Shown: positions 36,824-49,775, counted from the whole stretch's first letter. The stretch is 63,649 nucleotides of DNA, filler included, from Folioceros fuciformis (GCA_049999805.1; 26 parts of 26 records of this genome joined end to end with filler, not necessarily neighbours in it); one strand, 5' to 3'. Translations and numbers: made by a program. Notes: generated by a model from the sequence alone, not told the origin.

Positions 36824-37380
36824 GTTGGCGAGGGCGCTAACAAATGAGAAGAGGAGTATATAGACGAAAAAATGTTTAGAAATCCCCTCACCAAGTGCAA
36901 GATTTGGTGTTTTTTTTGTTTTTTGGTAAGATGGATGCAACAACGGTTTAGGTTGGGAATAGGCCGGGGTATTTATACTCAAGACCTCCTTGGGTCTCGA
37001 AGTTTTGAGGTAGGCGCAGGGTTGACCAATAACTGGTCCGTGGACTAGGTCGTGGAGGTTGCTACTTGGTCCTTGGGCTTCGATGTTTGAACAAGTTCTA
37101 GGAAGCCTATATAAGGCCCCCCCCTCCCTACATCTATAAAGGGAGGAGTGATCGGCCAAGGAGGAAGGAGTTGTGGACTTAGGCTAAAAGAAGAGGTAGA
37201 TGTGACTCAGCAACCGTAGGGGAAGACGGACCACCGTTGTGGAGAGTGGAATTGGTAGTAAAGCCCCCTGGATGGTAGTGNNNNNNNNNNNNNNNNNNNN
37301 NNNNNNNNNNNNNNNNNNNNNNNNTTAATTAATTAANNNNNNNNNNNNNNNNNNNNNNNNNNNNNNNNNNNNNNNNNNNN

Positions 37381-38872
37381 GAGGAGAGAGTGCAACCAGC
37401 TCCGGTCGAGGCGCCATTGCTTCGTAGGTCAGGAAGGATCTCATGTCCTGCTGACAGGTATGTTGCATCTCTTGATTATGTCATGCTGACGGATTGTGGG
37501 GAGCCCTCTTGTTACCAAGAGGCCATGTCAGTGACTGACAAAAACAAGTGGAAGAAGGCGATGCAGTCGCAGATGGATTCGCTCCATAAGAACCAAACTT
37601 GGGAGTTGGTTCGGTTGCCTAAGGGCAAGAAGGCGTTGCCATGCAAATGGGTGTATAAGATGAAGGACATACCCCATTATGGCAAACCCAAGTACAAGGC
37701 ACGATTGGTTGCTAAAGGTTTTAAGCAACAGCAAGGTATTGACTTTGATGAGATTTTCTCACCAGTTGTCAAAATGACTACCTTGAGATGTGTTCTTGGT
37801 CTGGTTGCGAGGAACGACATGGAACTTGTCCAGATGGATGTGAAGTCGGCATTTCTGCATGATGATCTCCAGGAAGAGGTATACATGCAGCAACCAGAGG
37901 ATTTCATTGAGAAGGGCAAAGAGAGTCTGGTGTGCAAGTTAAAGAAGAGCCTTTATGGTTTGAAGCAGGCACCTAGGGAGTGGTATTTCAAGTTCCACTC
38001 ATTTATGCTTTCTCAAGGCTACAAGCGTAGCGATATGGATCATTGCCTCTATACGAAGCAAGCTAAGGATGGAAGCTTGCTCATTCTAGTCCTCTATGTG
38101 GATGATATGCTAATTGCTGGGACTAACAGTGATGAGATTTCAGCGTTGCAGTCAAAGTTGAATGGTCGCTTTGACATGACAGACTTGGGGGAGGCAAGCC
38201 ATATTCTTGGCATGCGTATTCGTCGAGGCAGACAGAAACGTTTGATGTACTTGTCTCAGACAGAATACATTAACAAGGTGCTTCAACGTTTCAATATGGA
38301 GAAGGGGAAGGTCTTAAGTACTCCGTTGCCTCCATATGTGAAACTTTCGAGCAAGGATTGCCCAAGTTCTGTGGAGGATAAAGCTGAAATGGAGAAGGTT
38401 CCATACTCATCAGTTGTAGGGAGTTTGATGTATGCAATGATTGCTACACGTCCTGACATTGCTTTTGCAGTGGGAGTGGTTAGCAGGTTCATGTCAAACC
38501 CTGGCAGGAAGCATTAGGGGGCAGTGAAAGGAGTTATGAGGTATTTGAATGGTACAAAAGCTTTGTGCTTATGTTTTGGTAGTGAAGATGCATCTGTAGT
38601 GGGATATACGGATGCTGATTATGCAGGGGATATGGACAAAAGGAGGTCCACATCAGGTTATGTCTTCATGTGCACTGGAGAGGCAGTCTCATGGCGATCT
38701 CGTTTGCAATCGTGCATAACGCTATCTACCACAGAGGCCGAGTATGTTGCAGCGACTGAGGCTTGCAAGGAAGCCATGTGGCTTGCTCGTTTAGTGGGAG
38801 ATTTGGGGATCAAGGGTGAGCTACCAGTGTTGCATTGTGATAGCCAGAGTGCTATCCAGTTGGCGAAGAATC
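37381..38872 (+). pseudogene. Ty1/Copia RT-RNase H (family B, Tnt1-like)
   Basis: YKARLVAKGF, QMDVKSAFL, SLYGLKQAPR, LYVDDML, YTDADYAGD...RRSTSGY and STTEAEY; one internal TAG. Confidence 0.95.
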
Positions 38873-38972
38873 NNNNNNNNNNNNNNNNNNNNNNNNNNNN
38901 NNNNNNNNNNNNNNNNTTAATTAATTAANNNNNNNNNNNNNNNNNNNNNNNNNNNNNNNNNNNNNNNNNNNN

Positions 38973-39554
38973 TCTGGTGGCTGTCACTAAGGAGGTGCCA
39001 TTGACCACCTGGAAAGATTGCGTTAGTGCATTCCAAACTGCCTTGGTTGACTCCGCATCTTGAGTGTAGTACATCATGGATCCATCCAAGGCTGACTGGA
39101 TGACTCCAAGTGCACGCAAATCCTGCTTTACCCAAGCATCTCTGTCAGTGACAGATGCTGTAGCTGCAGGTTTAGGCAATGTGCTAGTTACAACATCCCA
39201 CAAATCGTGCAACCGAAGAATGGTCTTCACACGAAGGGCCCAAATATCGAATTGTGAGCCAGAAAAACAATCCCTTTCTTTGAAATCTATTCTCAAATTA
39301 TTCACTGTGGTGTTTTTCATTGTACCCCCTATAGGATTTGCCATTGTGTGCACTATGTGAGTGGCAAGAGTGTTTCTTATTGCATGAGATGCTAGTGCAA
39401 TTTGTGCTGCTAACCTAGCTTGTTCAGCTGCATGGGCTTGAGTTAATCTTGCGCGATGTGCAGCACGTGCTGACGCAGAGGTGGATGAACTTGACTGTGA
39501 GAAGGCAAGAGGATCAAAGGATGCTGAAGTGTTCAGTTCTTCTGAAGCATTCAT
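38973..39554 (-). pseudogene. Ty1/Copia gag N-terminal region
   Basis: FSGSQFDIWALRVKTILRLHDLWDVV...WVKQDLRALGVIQSAL...TKAVWNAL. Confidence 0.85.
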
Positions 39555-39622
39555 AGAGTTGTGACCTCGTCCAGTTGATCTGCCTCCACCCCTTCCAGCT
39601 GGGTTTGGTCTAGTAATGGCGG

Positions 39623-40075
39623 TTGTTCACTAAGGTGGTTCTTGGATTGGTGAACTATCAATGCACCTCATATTTTAGAAATGCTTTCCTCCACTTCCTT
39701 TGGAGAGTGACTCAAGAAGCTAAGCCAGACTGGGGGTTAATTATGTATGAGGCGTATACCTACCACAGGGAGAAGTTGCTCAAGCCGAATGGTAGGGAGG
39801 GGGGGAGTGCACGTCCTTGCTACCTCTCAACTTACTTGGTGCACTTATGGAAGACAGAAGGGTTGTTAACACAAGAGGAGTTGGAGGAGGTGGAACAACC
39901 TTTTGTAGTTGTCCTGTTGCAGGGGGAGGCTTTTATTTCCGGTGGAGTGTTGACCCCTCTTACGGATGAGGAGCCCCCACTTGATTATGAATCAGCCATG
40001 GCAGCCTATGATGAGTCTAATGAAGATGACACCCCGTTGATATGGAGACTTGGAGAGCTCGCAATGGGAACCTGA
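39623..40075 (+). pseudogene. Third variant of the DWG-domain accessory ORF
   Basis: FLHFLWRVTQEAKPDWGLIMYEA...RPCYLSTYLVHLWKTEGLLTQEE. Confidence 0.55.
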
Positions 40076-40205
40076 GGAGCTGCTATGGGCTAGGAAGAGC
40101 ACGCANNNNNNNNNNNNNNNNNNNNNNNNNNNNNNNNNNNNNNNNNNNNTTAATTAATTAANNNNNNNNNNNNNNNNNNNNNNNNNNNNNNNNNNNNNNN
40201 NNNNN

Positions 40206-41403
40206 TATATATATAGATACTTAAGTTCTATTCTTTATTTCTTTAAAGTTATATTCTTTACTATTCTTACGCTCGAAAATCGACGCATTTAAAACCTAAT
40301 ATATAGATAATCTATTTAAAAAATTATAGAGACTTATAGGCTAGAAGAAGATAGAATTATATAAATATTTAATAGTAAGGTTTTAGTAGAGATATTCTAC
40401 TTAACTCTAATAGATATTAATAAGAATACCTAGGTAGAGTTACTTAGAATTACTTTATTCTATATTCCTATTAGAGATAGAGTAGTAGTATAGAAGTATA
40501 ATAGAATCCTTAGAGAAGAATAAATAACTTCTAGTCTAGAGATATACTAATTACTATCTTAAAAGCTACTTTAACTAAGATAGAGTTATAGTAGGCTATT
40601 ATATAACTCTAATAGTTATTAGATAGCCTTTTAGAAGAGCTCTAGTACTAGAAATATAAATAAGAGTCTATAATAACCGGATAGAAGCGAATAAAAAGCC
40701 TATACTCGTTATAACTATAAAAGAGGTAGTATAATAAAAATAGTAGATACTATAGAAGGTTATAGAGAAAGAGATAGTATATTATAATAGACTATAAAGT
40801 TATATTATAATCTATTTACTCTCTAAGCTTAGTATAAAGCTACTATAGTATATACTACTACTTATACTAGATAAGGAGAAGCTAGTAGTAGCTAAGTACT
40901 AGCTAATTTTACTAGAGCTATAGACGTAGGCCTAACTAGCTTTAGCGTAGATATTAGTTAGAGTTAGAGAGAGGAGTTATAAGTATCTTTATATATAATT
41001 AATATACTAGTTATAAGAAGTACTAAGTATACTATAATATACTATTATAGAATAATTAAGATTCTATCTATAGTAATAATAAGTCTATCTTAAGTACTAG
41101 TAGAGAGTAGCTTACTATTAGTAGAGATAGTAGTTCTATTTTAATACTAATATATAGTTACTAGTTATAAGCCTTAGGTATTTATATATTTAATCTCTAT
41201 AGATATTATAGTAACTATAAGTATTAAAGTAAGACCTAGTATAAAAGCTATCTAAAGACTTATAATAGCTTATTACCTATATTATTCTACACGTTCTATA
41301 ACTCTTTATAGTAGGCTTTTTCTTAGCGCGGCTTAAGAACCTATTTACCTTACTTCTATATTTACTATAGATAGATACCTACTATAGTTTAAATAATTCT
41401 AAT
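40206..41403. other. RIP-mutated AT-rich DNA, probably ascomycete fungal
   Basis: By my reading only about 2 CpA and no TpG in 1.2 kb, with a large TpA excess and CpG retained. Confidence 0.85.
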
Positions 41404-41503
41404 NNNNNNNNNNNNNNNNNNNNNNNNNNNNNNNNNNNNNNNNNNNNTTAATTAATTAANNNNNNNNNNNNNNNNNNNNNNNNNNNNNNNNNNNNNNNNN
41501 NNN

Positions 41504-43761
41504 CTATCATGTTCCGAAGGAGTTTCGGGACAAATTGGCTCCTAAGTCAAGAAAATGTATTTTTCTTGGCTATGGTGAATCTGGTGAGATGGGATACCAT
41601 CTATGGGATTTATAGGCCAAAAGGATGGTTCGCAGCAATGACGTGTTCTTCAATGAGACCAAGATGTACAAAAAGCTTACTCCAACTGTGGAGGTGCGAC
41701 GGGTGGTTTTTCAAGAAGATGGATTTGACCGTCCTGCGCAGGTTGAACGTCATGATGTGCAGGAACAAGTTCCTCCCCTTGTAGAAGAGGAGAGAGTGCA
41801 ACCAACTTCGGTCGAGGCGCCAGTGCTTCGTAGGTCAGGAAGGATCTCATGTCCTCCTGACTGGTATGTTGCATCTCTTGATTATGTCATGCTGACGGAT
41901 TGTGGGGAACCCTCTTGTTATCAAGAGACCATGTCAGTGATTGACAAGGACAAATGGGAGAAGGCGATGCAGTCGCAGATGGAATCGCTCCATAAGAGTT
42001 GGTTCGCTTTCCTAGGGGCAAGAAGGTGTTGCCATGCAAATGGGTGTATAAGATGAGGGACATACCCCATTATAGCAAACCCAAGTACAAGGCATGATTG
42101 GTTGCTAACGGTATTAAGCAATAGCAAGGTATTGACTTTGATGAGATTTTCTCACTAATTGTCAAAATGACCACCTTGCGATGTGTTCTTGGTTTGGTTG
42201 CGAGGCACGACATGGAACTTATCCAGATGGATGTGAAGTCGGCATTTTTGCATGGTGATCTCAAGGAAGAGGTATACATGCAGCAACCAGAGGGTTTCAT
42301 TGAGAAGGGTAAAGAGAGTCTGGTGTGCAGGTTAAAGAAGAGCCTCTATGGTTGGAAGCAGGCACCCAGGGAGTGGTATTTCAAGTTCCACTCATTTATG
42401 CTTTCTCAAGGCTACAAGCGTAGCGATCAGGATCATTGCCTCTATACGAAGCATGCTAAGGATGGAAGCTTGCTCAATCTGGTCCTCTATGTGGATGATA
42501 TGCTGATTGCTCGGACTAATAGTGATGAGATTTCAGCGTTGAAGTCAAAGTTGAATGCTCACTTTGACATGATAGACTTAGGAGAGGCAAGCCATATTCT
42601 TGGCATGCGTATTCATCGAGACAGATAGAAGCGTCTGCTTTACTTGTCTCAAACTAAGTACATTAACAAGGTGCTTCAATGTTTCAATATGGAGAAGGGG
42701 AAGGTATTGAGTACTCCATTGCCTCCATATGTTTAATTGTCGAGCAAGGATTGCCCAAATTCTGTGGAGGACAAAGCTGAAATGAAGAAGGTTCCATATT
42801 CATCAGCTATAGGGAGTTTGATGTATGCAATGATTGCTACACGTCCTGACATTGCCTTTGCAATGGGAGTGGTTAGCAGGCTTATGTCAAACCCTGGCAG
42901 GAAGCATTGGGAGGCATGCCGTCAAAGGAGTTATGAGGTACTTGAATGGTACGAAAGCTCTGTGCTTATGTTTTGGTAAGTGAAGATGCATCTGTCGTGG
43001 GATATACGGATGTTGATTATGCAGGGGATATGGACAAAAGGAGGTCCACATCAGGTTATGTCTTCATGTGCACTGGAGGGGCAGTCTCATGGCGATCTCA
43101 TTTGCAATCGTGCATAACGCTATCTACCACGGAGGCCAAGTATGTTGCAGCGACTGAGGCGTGCAAGGAAGCCATTTGGCTTGCTCGTTTAGTGGGAGAT
43201 TTGGGGATCAAGGTTGAGCTGCCAGTGTTGCATTGTGATAGCTAGAGTGCTATCCAATTGGCGAAGAATCCAGTGTTTCATGCGAAGACCAAACATGTGG
43301 AGTGAAGTATCACTTCATTCGATAGGTGTTGGAAGACAAGAGGGTACATCTTATCAAAGTTCACACCAGTCAGAACCCTGCAGATGTTCTTACCAAGGGG
43401 CTCTCTTCGGAGCAATTCGCACAAGCTCAGACACTCATGGGCATGAGGTAGACCGCTCTCCTATGAAGGTAAATTGGCCTTTAAGGGGGAGGTTGTAGGG
43501 TTATTAAAGCCCAATGTGCTTAGACTAATGTGTTTAGTCTAAGATTAGTGTCTAGTTAAGTACCATTAGTTTAGATTAGCTTAAGCTAATCTGTAGGAAG
43601 CTTCTTGCGCAGCTTCCTAGGGAGCTCTTCTAGAGGGTATAAATACTCCCTTGAGCTCCCTTGCTGTTGAGACTCTGTGTGAGAGTGTGACCTCTTTTCT
43701 CCTGTCCTCCTTGCCTCCTCCTCTCCTCTTTCACCATGTAGCTCCTTCTAGCGATCCTTCC
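41504..43761 (+). mobile_element. Degenerate Copia family B: integrase tail, RT, RNase H, PPT (43483-43492) and 3' LTR (43494-43761)
   Basis: Closely similar to 37381-38872 but with many stops. Ends AAGGGGGAGG-T-TGTAGGG...ATCCTTC. Confidence 0.93.
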
Positions 43762-44173
43762 CCACCTGCGCCGCCGCCAGCAAGAGCTAGGAGCAGCAGC
43801 AGTGAAGTAGAGGTCCCGTGGGAGGACCTACCTGACCAACGGCGGGGTAGGAGGGCCAGAGGTAGACCATTAGGGGGAGGAGCGCGACGGCTAGGAGGAA
43901 GGCGCCAGCGGCCAAGAGAAAGGCGATAGTAATTACAATCTAGACTAGTTTATTTTCAGATTGTTTTGCTTGGACCTAAACCGCTCAGAATTTAAGAGCG
44001 CTGCCTGAACCCTGACAAACTTTATGGCGGAAAGACCACCACTACCGTGTACAAGAGGCCAGTTTGGGGCCTCGGAAAAATGAGCAAGAAACCAGCCCAA
44101 CATTCCAACCTTGCGGAAGCCTAGCAATGGCCGTTGCTGGACAGGGGGTCCAAGCAAGCGAGCGCACGTAGTG
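43762..44173 (+). mobile_element. Diverged family A-like sequence (insertion target of the Copia element)
   Basis: SSSSEVEVPWEDLPDQRRGRRARG matches the family A C-terminus, and the downstream non-coding sequence is also similar. Confidence 0.75.
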
Positions 44174-44693
44174 NNNNNNNNNNNNNNNNNNNNNNNNNNN
44201 NNNNNNNNNNNNNNNNNTTAATTAATTAANNNNNNNNNNNNNNNNNNNNNNNNNNNNNNNNNNNNNNNNNNNNACTAGAACGAGATCATGAGAAACACAC
44301 ATACTGAATATTTTCATTTTCCAAGGCAAGTACAAAGACATCAGAGGCCTTGGAAGCTTTACTATCCATCTCAATTGTAGAATGAAGATGAGCTATAAGT
44401 GGCTAATTAAAGAACTCAAAATTTCCAAAATTTTAGCAATTCAGAAGTCAACCCCAAGTTCTCATCCCATAAAATATGGATGTTTGAAACATTTCCTATT
44501 TATTAACCAAAACTATAATAACTTATAAAATTTTTTAACTTATGAGATGATTGTTTATTTACTAAACTCTAAATAACCTCAAACTAGAGACACTAGGCCA
44601 TGTATTAGGTACTAAAGAAAGATTCACACAAATAGCTAGAGATGGAAACTCTTTTACTCATAAAGGAAAGGGAACAAACATAGCGAAGAGCAA

Positions 44694-44725
44694 CCCTAAA
44701 CCCTAAACCCTAAACCCTAAACCCT
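44694..44725 (+). repeat. Interstitial plant-type telomeric repeat (CCCTAAA)4
   Basis: CCCTAAA x4 followed by CCCT. Confidence 0.85.
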
Positions 44726-45439
44726 GAGGGAGACTAGTCCCTATGATCACCTTGCCAAAATTACCAAGGACCTAGCTAGAGAACTTCATGGTTAGGGATG
44801 TGAAATGGTCTACCCACTAGGGGAATTGAAGAAATTGGTAACCATCTTAACCATTTTAATTAATCTTAAACCATCATATCTCTAAATTGTGTTCTCCAAG
44901 TTGATGCACTCTAGTTCAAACACTTTTGATCCTAAGCACTAAAGGATATTGGGCCAACGGGGGCTAAAGAAGTCTTTTATCCTTCAATCTTACTCGAAGA
45001 TTTAAAATAATAATTTATATAGTATACTTATTTTAATAAAAAAATGATAACATCTAAAGCATTTTTCTTTAGTTTAAGAGGGTTAGTCCCTAGTGTCTCT
45101 ATCATAGTTTATCTCCCTATATATTATTCGTTAGAAAATGGTTTATGGGGAATGGTAATGATGCTCCTGGTAATGGACCTGCCGATCATTCAGGCTCTTT
45201 TGGAGAAATGAGTTTGCAATCCATACAAAGTATAGTAAGATACTTTGAGAAAGGTTGTCTCCAATTCTCACAAGCTATTGTGAGATACATTCTCCATAGA
45301 CTAAACTCAATACCACCGATTGCTATGGTGAATCAAAGCAGCTCTAGGAATAGTTGGAGATGATGAACTAGACCCACAACAGTTCATGCAGTAGCAGCCC
45401 TAGCAGTAGACACAGGTAGTTTGATGGTAAGCAAGATCG

Positions 45440-45690
45440 CAGTGGGTGAAGACACAACTAGTTCAGTGGGTGAAGACAGGGTGAAGACACAACTAGTTCA
45501 GTGGGTGAAGACATAGCTAGTTCAGCGGGTGAAGACACAACTTGAAGACATAGCTAGTTCAGTGGGTGAAGACATAGATAGTTCAGTGGGTGAAGACACA
45601 CCTTGAAGACATGGTGAAGACATAGCTAGTTCAATGGGTGAAGACATAGCTAGTTCGATGGTAAGCAAGGTCGTAGTGCGTGAAGCCAGG
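45440..45690. repeat. Irregular tandem repeat, about 24-bp unit GTGGGTGAAGACAYARCTAGTTCA
   Basis: TGAAGACA core recurs more than 10 times. Confidence 0.85.
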
Positions 45691-45709
45691 GCATGGGGTA
45701 TACCTCTCG

Positions 45710-46144
45710 TTCACTCACCCACATACTAACCCACCCGAAAAACCCACCATTCCAGTTGTTCACTCACCCACACACTAACCCACCTTCACTCACCCACATA
45801 CTAACCCACCCGAAAAACCCACCATTCCAGTTGTTCACTCACCCACACACTAACCCACCTTCACTCACCCACATACTAACCCACCCGAAAAACCCACCAT
45901 TCCAGTTGTTCACTCACCCACACACTAACCCACCTTCACTCACCCACATACTAACCCACCCGAAAAACCCACCATTCCAGTTGTTCACTCACCCACACAC
46001 TAACCCACCTTCACTCACCCGGGCACAAGCCAGGGCATGTTCACTCACCCACACACTAACCCACCCGCAAAAGCCAGGGCATGGGGTATACCTCTCATTC
46101 ACTCACCCACATACTAACCCACCCGAAAAACCCACCATTCCAGT
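45710..46144. repeat. 75-bp minisatellite built from a 26-bp subunit TTCACTCACCCACAYACTAACCCACC
   Basis: Four perfect 75-bp units followed by partial units. Confidence 0.92.
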
Positions 46145-46799
46145 NNNNNNNNNNNNNNNNNNNNNNNNNNNNNNNNNNNNNNNNNNNNTTAATTAATTAA
46201 NNNNNNNNNNNNNNNNNNNNNNNNNNNNNNNNNNNNNNNNNNNNTTCCGATCCCTGTACCCTGGTGCCCTCTCAACGGTTGGGATGTATTTGATTTAAGT
46301 AAAACATATTTTTATAATATATTATTTACGATGAACCTCAAAAGACTTGGAATCCATACCTACAATGTCTTCTTATAATACCCATAAGCCATTGCTTACA
46401 TTAGAGGTGATGAAAGGTAGAGAGAGATATTCTTTCCTAGAATTGATGTTGAATGTCTTTGGCAAGTCACTAGTTGGTGTAGATACAATATTGTTATGGA
46501 CTTTATGTTGCTTTACCTTACTAAGAAGGGGTTCTACTTGTTGTAGTTTTGATGTGGACTCTACTTGTGTTGCTATCCTTGCAAGCATTCTACTTTATAG
46601 ATCATGGTTGTTGTGTTTTGAACAACTCATAACAATTTTGTTGTGGACTCTACTTGTGCTGCTATCCTTGCAAGCATTCTACTTTATAGATCAGGGTTGT
46701 TGTGGTTTGAACAACTCATAACAATTTTGTTGTGGACTCTACTTGTGTTGTTTCCCATACAGTGATTCTATTATGCAAATCATAGTTGTTGTGGTCTAA

Positions 46800-47430
46800 A
46801 GAACTCAAAACCTCAGAATAGCTCAAGATCCAACTCGAAACCTCTGAACAACTTGAAATCTCCAAAGAGCTCAAAACCTCTGAAAAGCTCAACACCCAAC
46901 TCGAAACCTCTGAACAACTTGAAACCTCCAAAGAGCTCAAAACCTGTGAACAGCTCAAAACCCAACTCGAAACCTATAAAGAGCTCAAAACCTCTGAACA
47001 GCTCAAAACCCAACTCCAAACCTCTGAACAACTTGAAACCTCTAAAAAGCTCAAAACCTCTGAACAGCTCAAAACCCAACTCGAAACCTCTGAACAACTT
47101 GAAACCTCTAAATAGCTCAAAACCCAACTCCAAACCTCTGAACAACTTGAAACCTCTAAAGAGCTCAAAACCTCTGAACAGCTCAAAACTCAACTCAAAA
47201 CCTCTAAACAACTTGAAACCTCTAAAGAGCTCAAAACCTCTAAACAGCTCAAAACCTCTGAACAGCTCAAAACCTCTAAACAACTTGAAACCTCTAAAGA
47301 GCTCAAAACCTTTGAACATCTTGAAACCTCCAAAGAGCTCAAAACTTCTGAATAGCTCAAAACCCAACTCGAATCCTCTGAACAAGTTGAAACCTATAAA
47401 GAGCTCAAAACCTTTGAACAGCTCAAAACG
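46800..47430. repeat. Minisatellite of 18-bp and 12-bp units (AGCTCAAAACCTCTGAAC / AACTTGAAACCTCTAAAG / CCCAACTCGAAA)
   Basis: About 630 bp of in-phase repeats. A separate unit of about 90 bp is repeated upstream at about 46550-46790. Confidence 0.92.
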
Positions 47431-47974
47431 TCCTGCAGCATGTCATAAGTAGGCTTGGCTTTGATACAAGCCAAGCCAAGCAAGGCTTAGCATGTTGTTG
47501 ATAACAAGGATCCGAGGTGCCAAGAAAAGCCTATGACGTTGTGACAGCATAGAGGAATCCCTACATGTGAGGCATGTATAAAGAATTGTGAGTACATGGG
47601 AGAGACAAAGCCTGCACAAAAGTTTTTGTCTTGTGTAATACAATGGACAGACTAAAGGAAAGGTGCAGAAAAAGGCAAAGGTGTGAGAAAGAAACTAATT
47701 TGTGTATAATTGGTAGCCATAGAATACATGTATGTGCGCATATTCCCATCGGACAGAGCCCCACGGATGTGAGGTGATGAGTTCGGTATTTTACGGTGCC
47801 TAGAGACGAAGCATCCCACGATGTCTAGAGACAAAACAGTAGGTACTAGGGTCCATGATAAGAAGGAGGAGAATTGTATCTATTAAGGAAGAGAAAAGCC
47901 CCGAACGAGGTGTGGGCAAGCGGGTGTGGTACCCCTACCAGGCACTCGCTCACATGTATCGTGGCCACATCAAT

Positions 47975-48146
47975 CCCACGGTCGTTGTAGGCTTCCCTGG
48001 AATCGCTCCCCTCTAAGCCTGGTCAGCTACGTCTATCGTTCCCCTACAATATGCAACCCTCCCACGGTCGTTGTAGGCTTCCCCGGAATCGCTCCCCTCT
48101 AAGCCTGGTCAGCTACGTCTATCGTTCCCCTACAATATGCAACCCT
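47975..48146. repeat. 86-bp direct tandem duplication
   Basis: CCCACGGTCGTTGTAGGCTTCCC...ATATGCAACCCT occurs twice. Confidence 0.9.
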
Positions 48147-48968
48147 CCCAACCACGTACCTACCAGTCCTGTAACACGTCCCGTCAGTAGGTAGGCACCA
48201 TTCCTTTACTTGGAAGGGCCCCAATACCTCCCCTACCGATTTCTACCTCCCTACACTCAATACCTTTTCCTCACAAAGCTCCCTACAACACTTCCTCACA
48301 TCCAGTCAGTAGGTAGGCACCATTCCTTCACTTGGAAGGGCCCCATTACCTGTGAAAACCAATCAGAGAGTAGGCTAGGGAGTAGTCCACTTGTTGTTAT
48401 GAAGCAATAAGACAATTAATTAAACTTATGTACAAAAACATCTTTAATACCCACTGGCACACCGTTTCGACCACCTACCCAACGGCCTTATGACTAATGC
48501 GTCGCTTCGTATTTATGTTTATTTATATGCCTATATACGGCTGTATACGGGAATATACGCAAACACCCCCTCTTAAACTAAAGACGGGCGACGGGGAAAA
48601 AAAGGACAGAACACTCGTGGCCACACGACGCGCGCGGGATCGGTATGGCTGCGTTTCTGGTCGGGTCGATGTGCGCTAAGCTGGAGGCTTTGTGATCCGG
48701 GGTTGTGGGTGTCCAGTGCGGCATGGAACGAAGATCAGGCGCTATCGTCCGTCGACGTAGAGCCCGTGCCTGCAGCCAAGACAGCCCAGCACCACTGTCC
48801 TCTTTTTTTTTTTTTTTTTTTCACACAGCATGCATGGCCCGTGTGTCTGAAGGTGCTAGTTGGCGNNNNNNNNNNNNNNNNNNNNNNNNNNNNNNNNNNN
48901 NNNNNNNNNTTAATTAATTAANNNNNNNNNNNNNNNNNNNNNNNNNNNNNNNNNNNNNNNNNNNNTAG

Positions 48969-49422
48969 GTGTTCTGTGGGACAACGTGGATAGGATCTTT
49001 AGAATGTGGGAATAGGGTGAGCTCCCAGAGCAGAAGAGCATGGTAATAGCTGGGACAACGAAGAGGGCAAGGTGAAAAGGAAGACAAGAGATTCTGCCCT
49101 GCAAAGTTCTGTTACCCAGGTGACCGAAGATAGCAGTAGGAGGCCAGGAGCTATGCAGGGCAGGCCATGGAGAGCATTTCAAGGCGTCCCAACAGGTGTG
49201 AAGGGAGAGGAGATGCTCATAGTGGTGACGCAGAAGGTCATCCAGGGGAAGCTTCATTTACGAGACATGGACACTGAAGTGGGGAAGAAGAAGATACACC
49301 TGATCCAACATGCCTTCCGACTGGCAATGAAGTGCGAGACATTTGAGGAGGCCGAAGAGATGTACCCGAAGCACACAGAAGACGGTCATCTCCTAAAGTT
49401 CCAGACTGCCTTCCCCAAAGTG
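48969..49422 (+). pseudogene. Degenerate internal exon of an unknown protein
   Basis: VLWDNVDRIFRMWE*GELPEQK, then a frameshift, then PWRAFQG...IQHAFRLAMKCETFEEAEEMYPKHT...FPKV. Ends at a strong donor GTG|GTAAGT (phase 0). Confidence 0.5.
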
Positions 49423-49562
49423 GTAAGTTTTTCCGTTCTTTTCTCTTGTTACTAATCTAGTTCATTGAGCAGGAGTGCGCCAGGCTATTGGCGCACTTGG
49501 CCCCGAGTCGGACCGAGTGCGCCGGTAGACCGGCGCACTGCAGCAGCTGGAGGCAAGAGTGC

Positions 49563-49775
49563 TGTGGAGTGGTTTCTTGCACCCAAGAACCACCAAAGGG
49601 CCACACTTTCCCGTATTGTCGTTGCAGCCTTATAATTCGCTCCCAAGGGAGTGAATCAGTGTCAAGGAAACACCTACAGCTATCCACTCACACAACTCGC
49701 ACTCCAGATCTTCAATCCTTCAGCTCCTCATGCTTCCCACTTCAGTCCTTCCTTCCTCACTTCAGCTCCTCATGC
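49563..49775. mobile_element. Repeat family D copy, interrupted by a Copia LTR
   Basis: TGTGGAGTGGTTTCTTGCACCCAAGAACCACC terminus. Confidence 0.85.

Noticed and set aside
40206-41403. Mitochondrial or plastid origin for the AT-rich contigs
   Set aside because: No organellar genes are present, and selective CpA/TpG absence is not an organellar feature.
45693-46144. 167-aa His/Pro/Thr-rich ORF
   Set aside because: It is a translation of the 75-bp minisatellite.
46813-47452. 190-199 aa ORFs on both strands (FRGFEL / SSKPLN repeats)
   Set aside because: Open frames are a by-product of 18-bp and 12-bp repeat units; there is no independent coding evidence.
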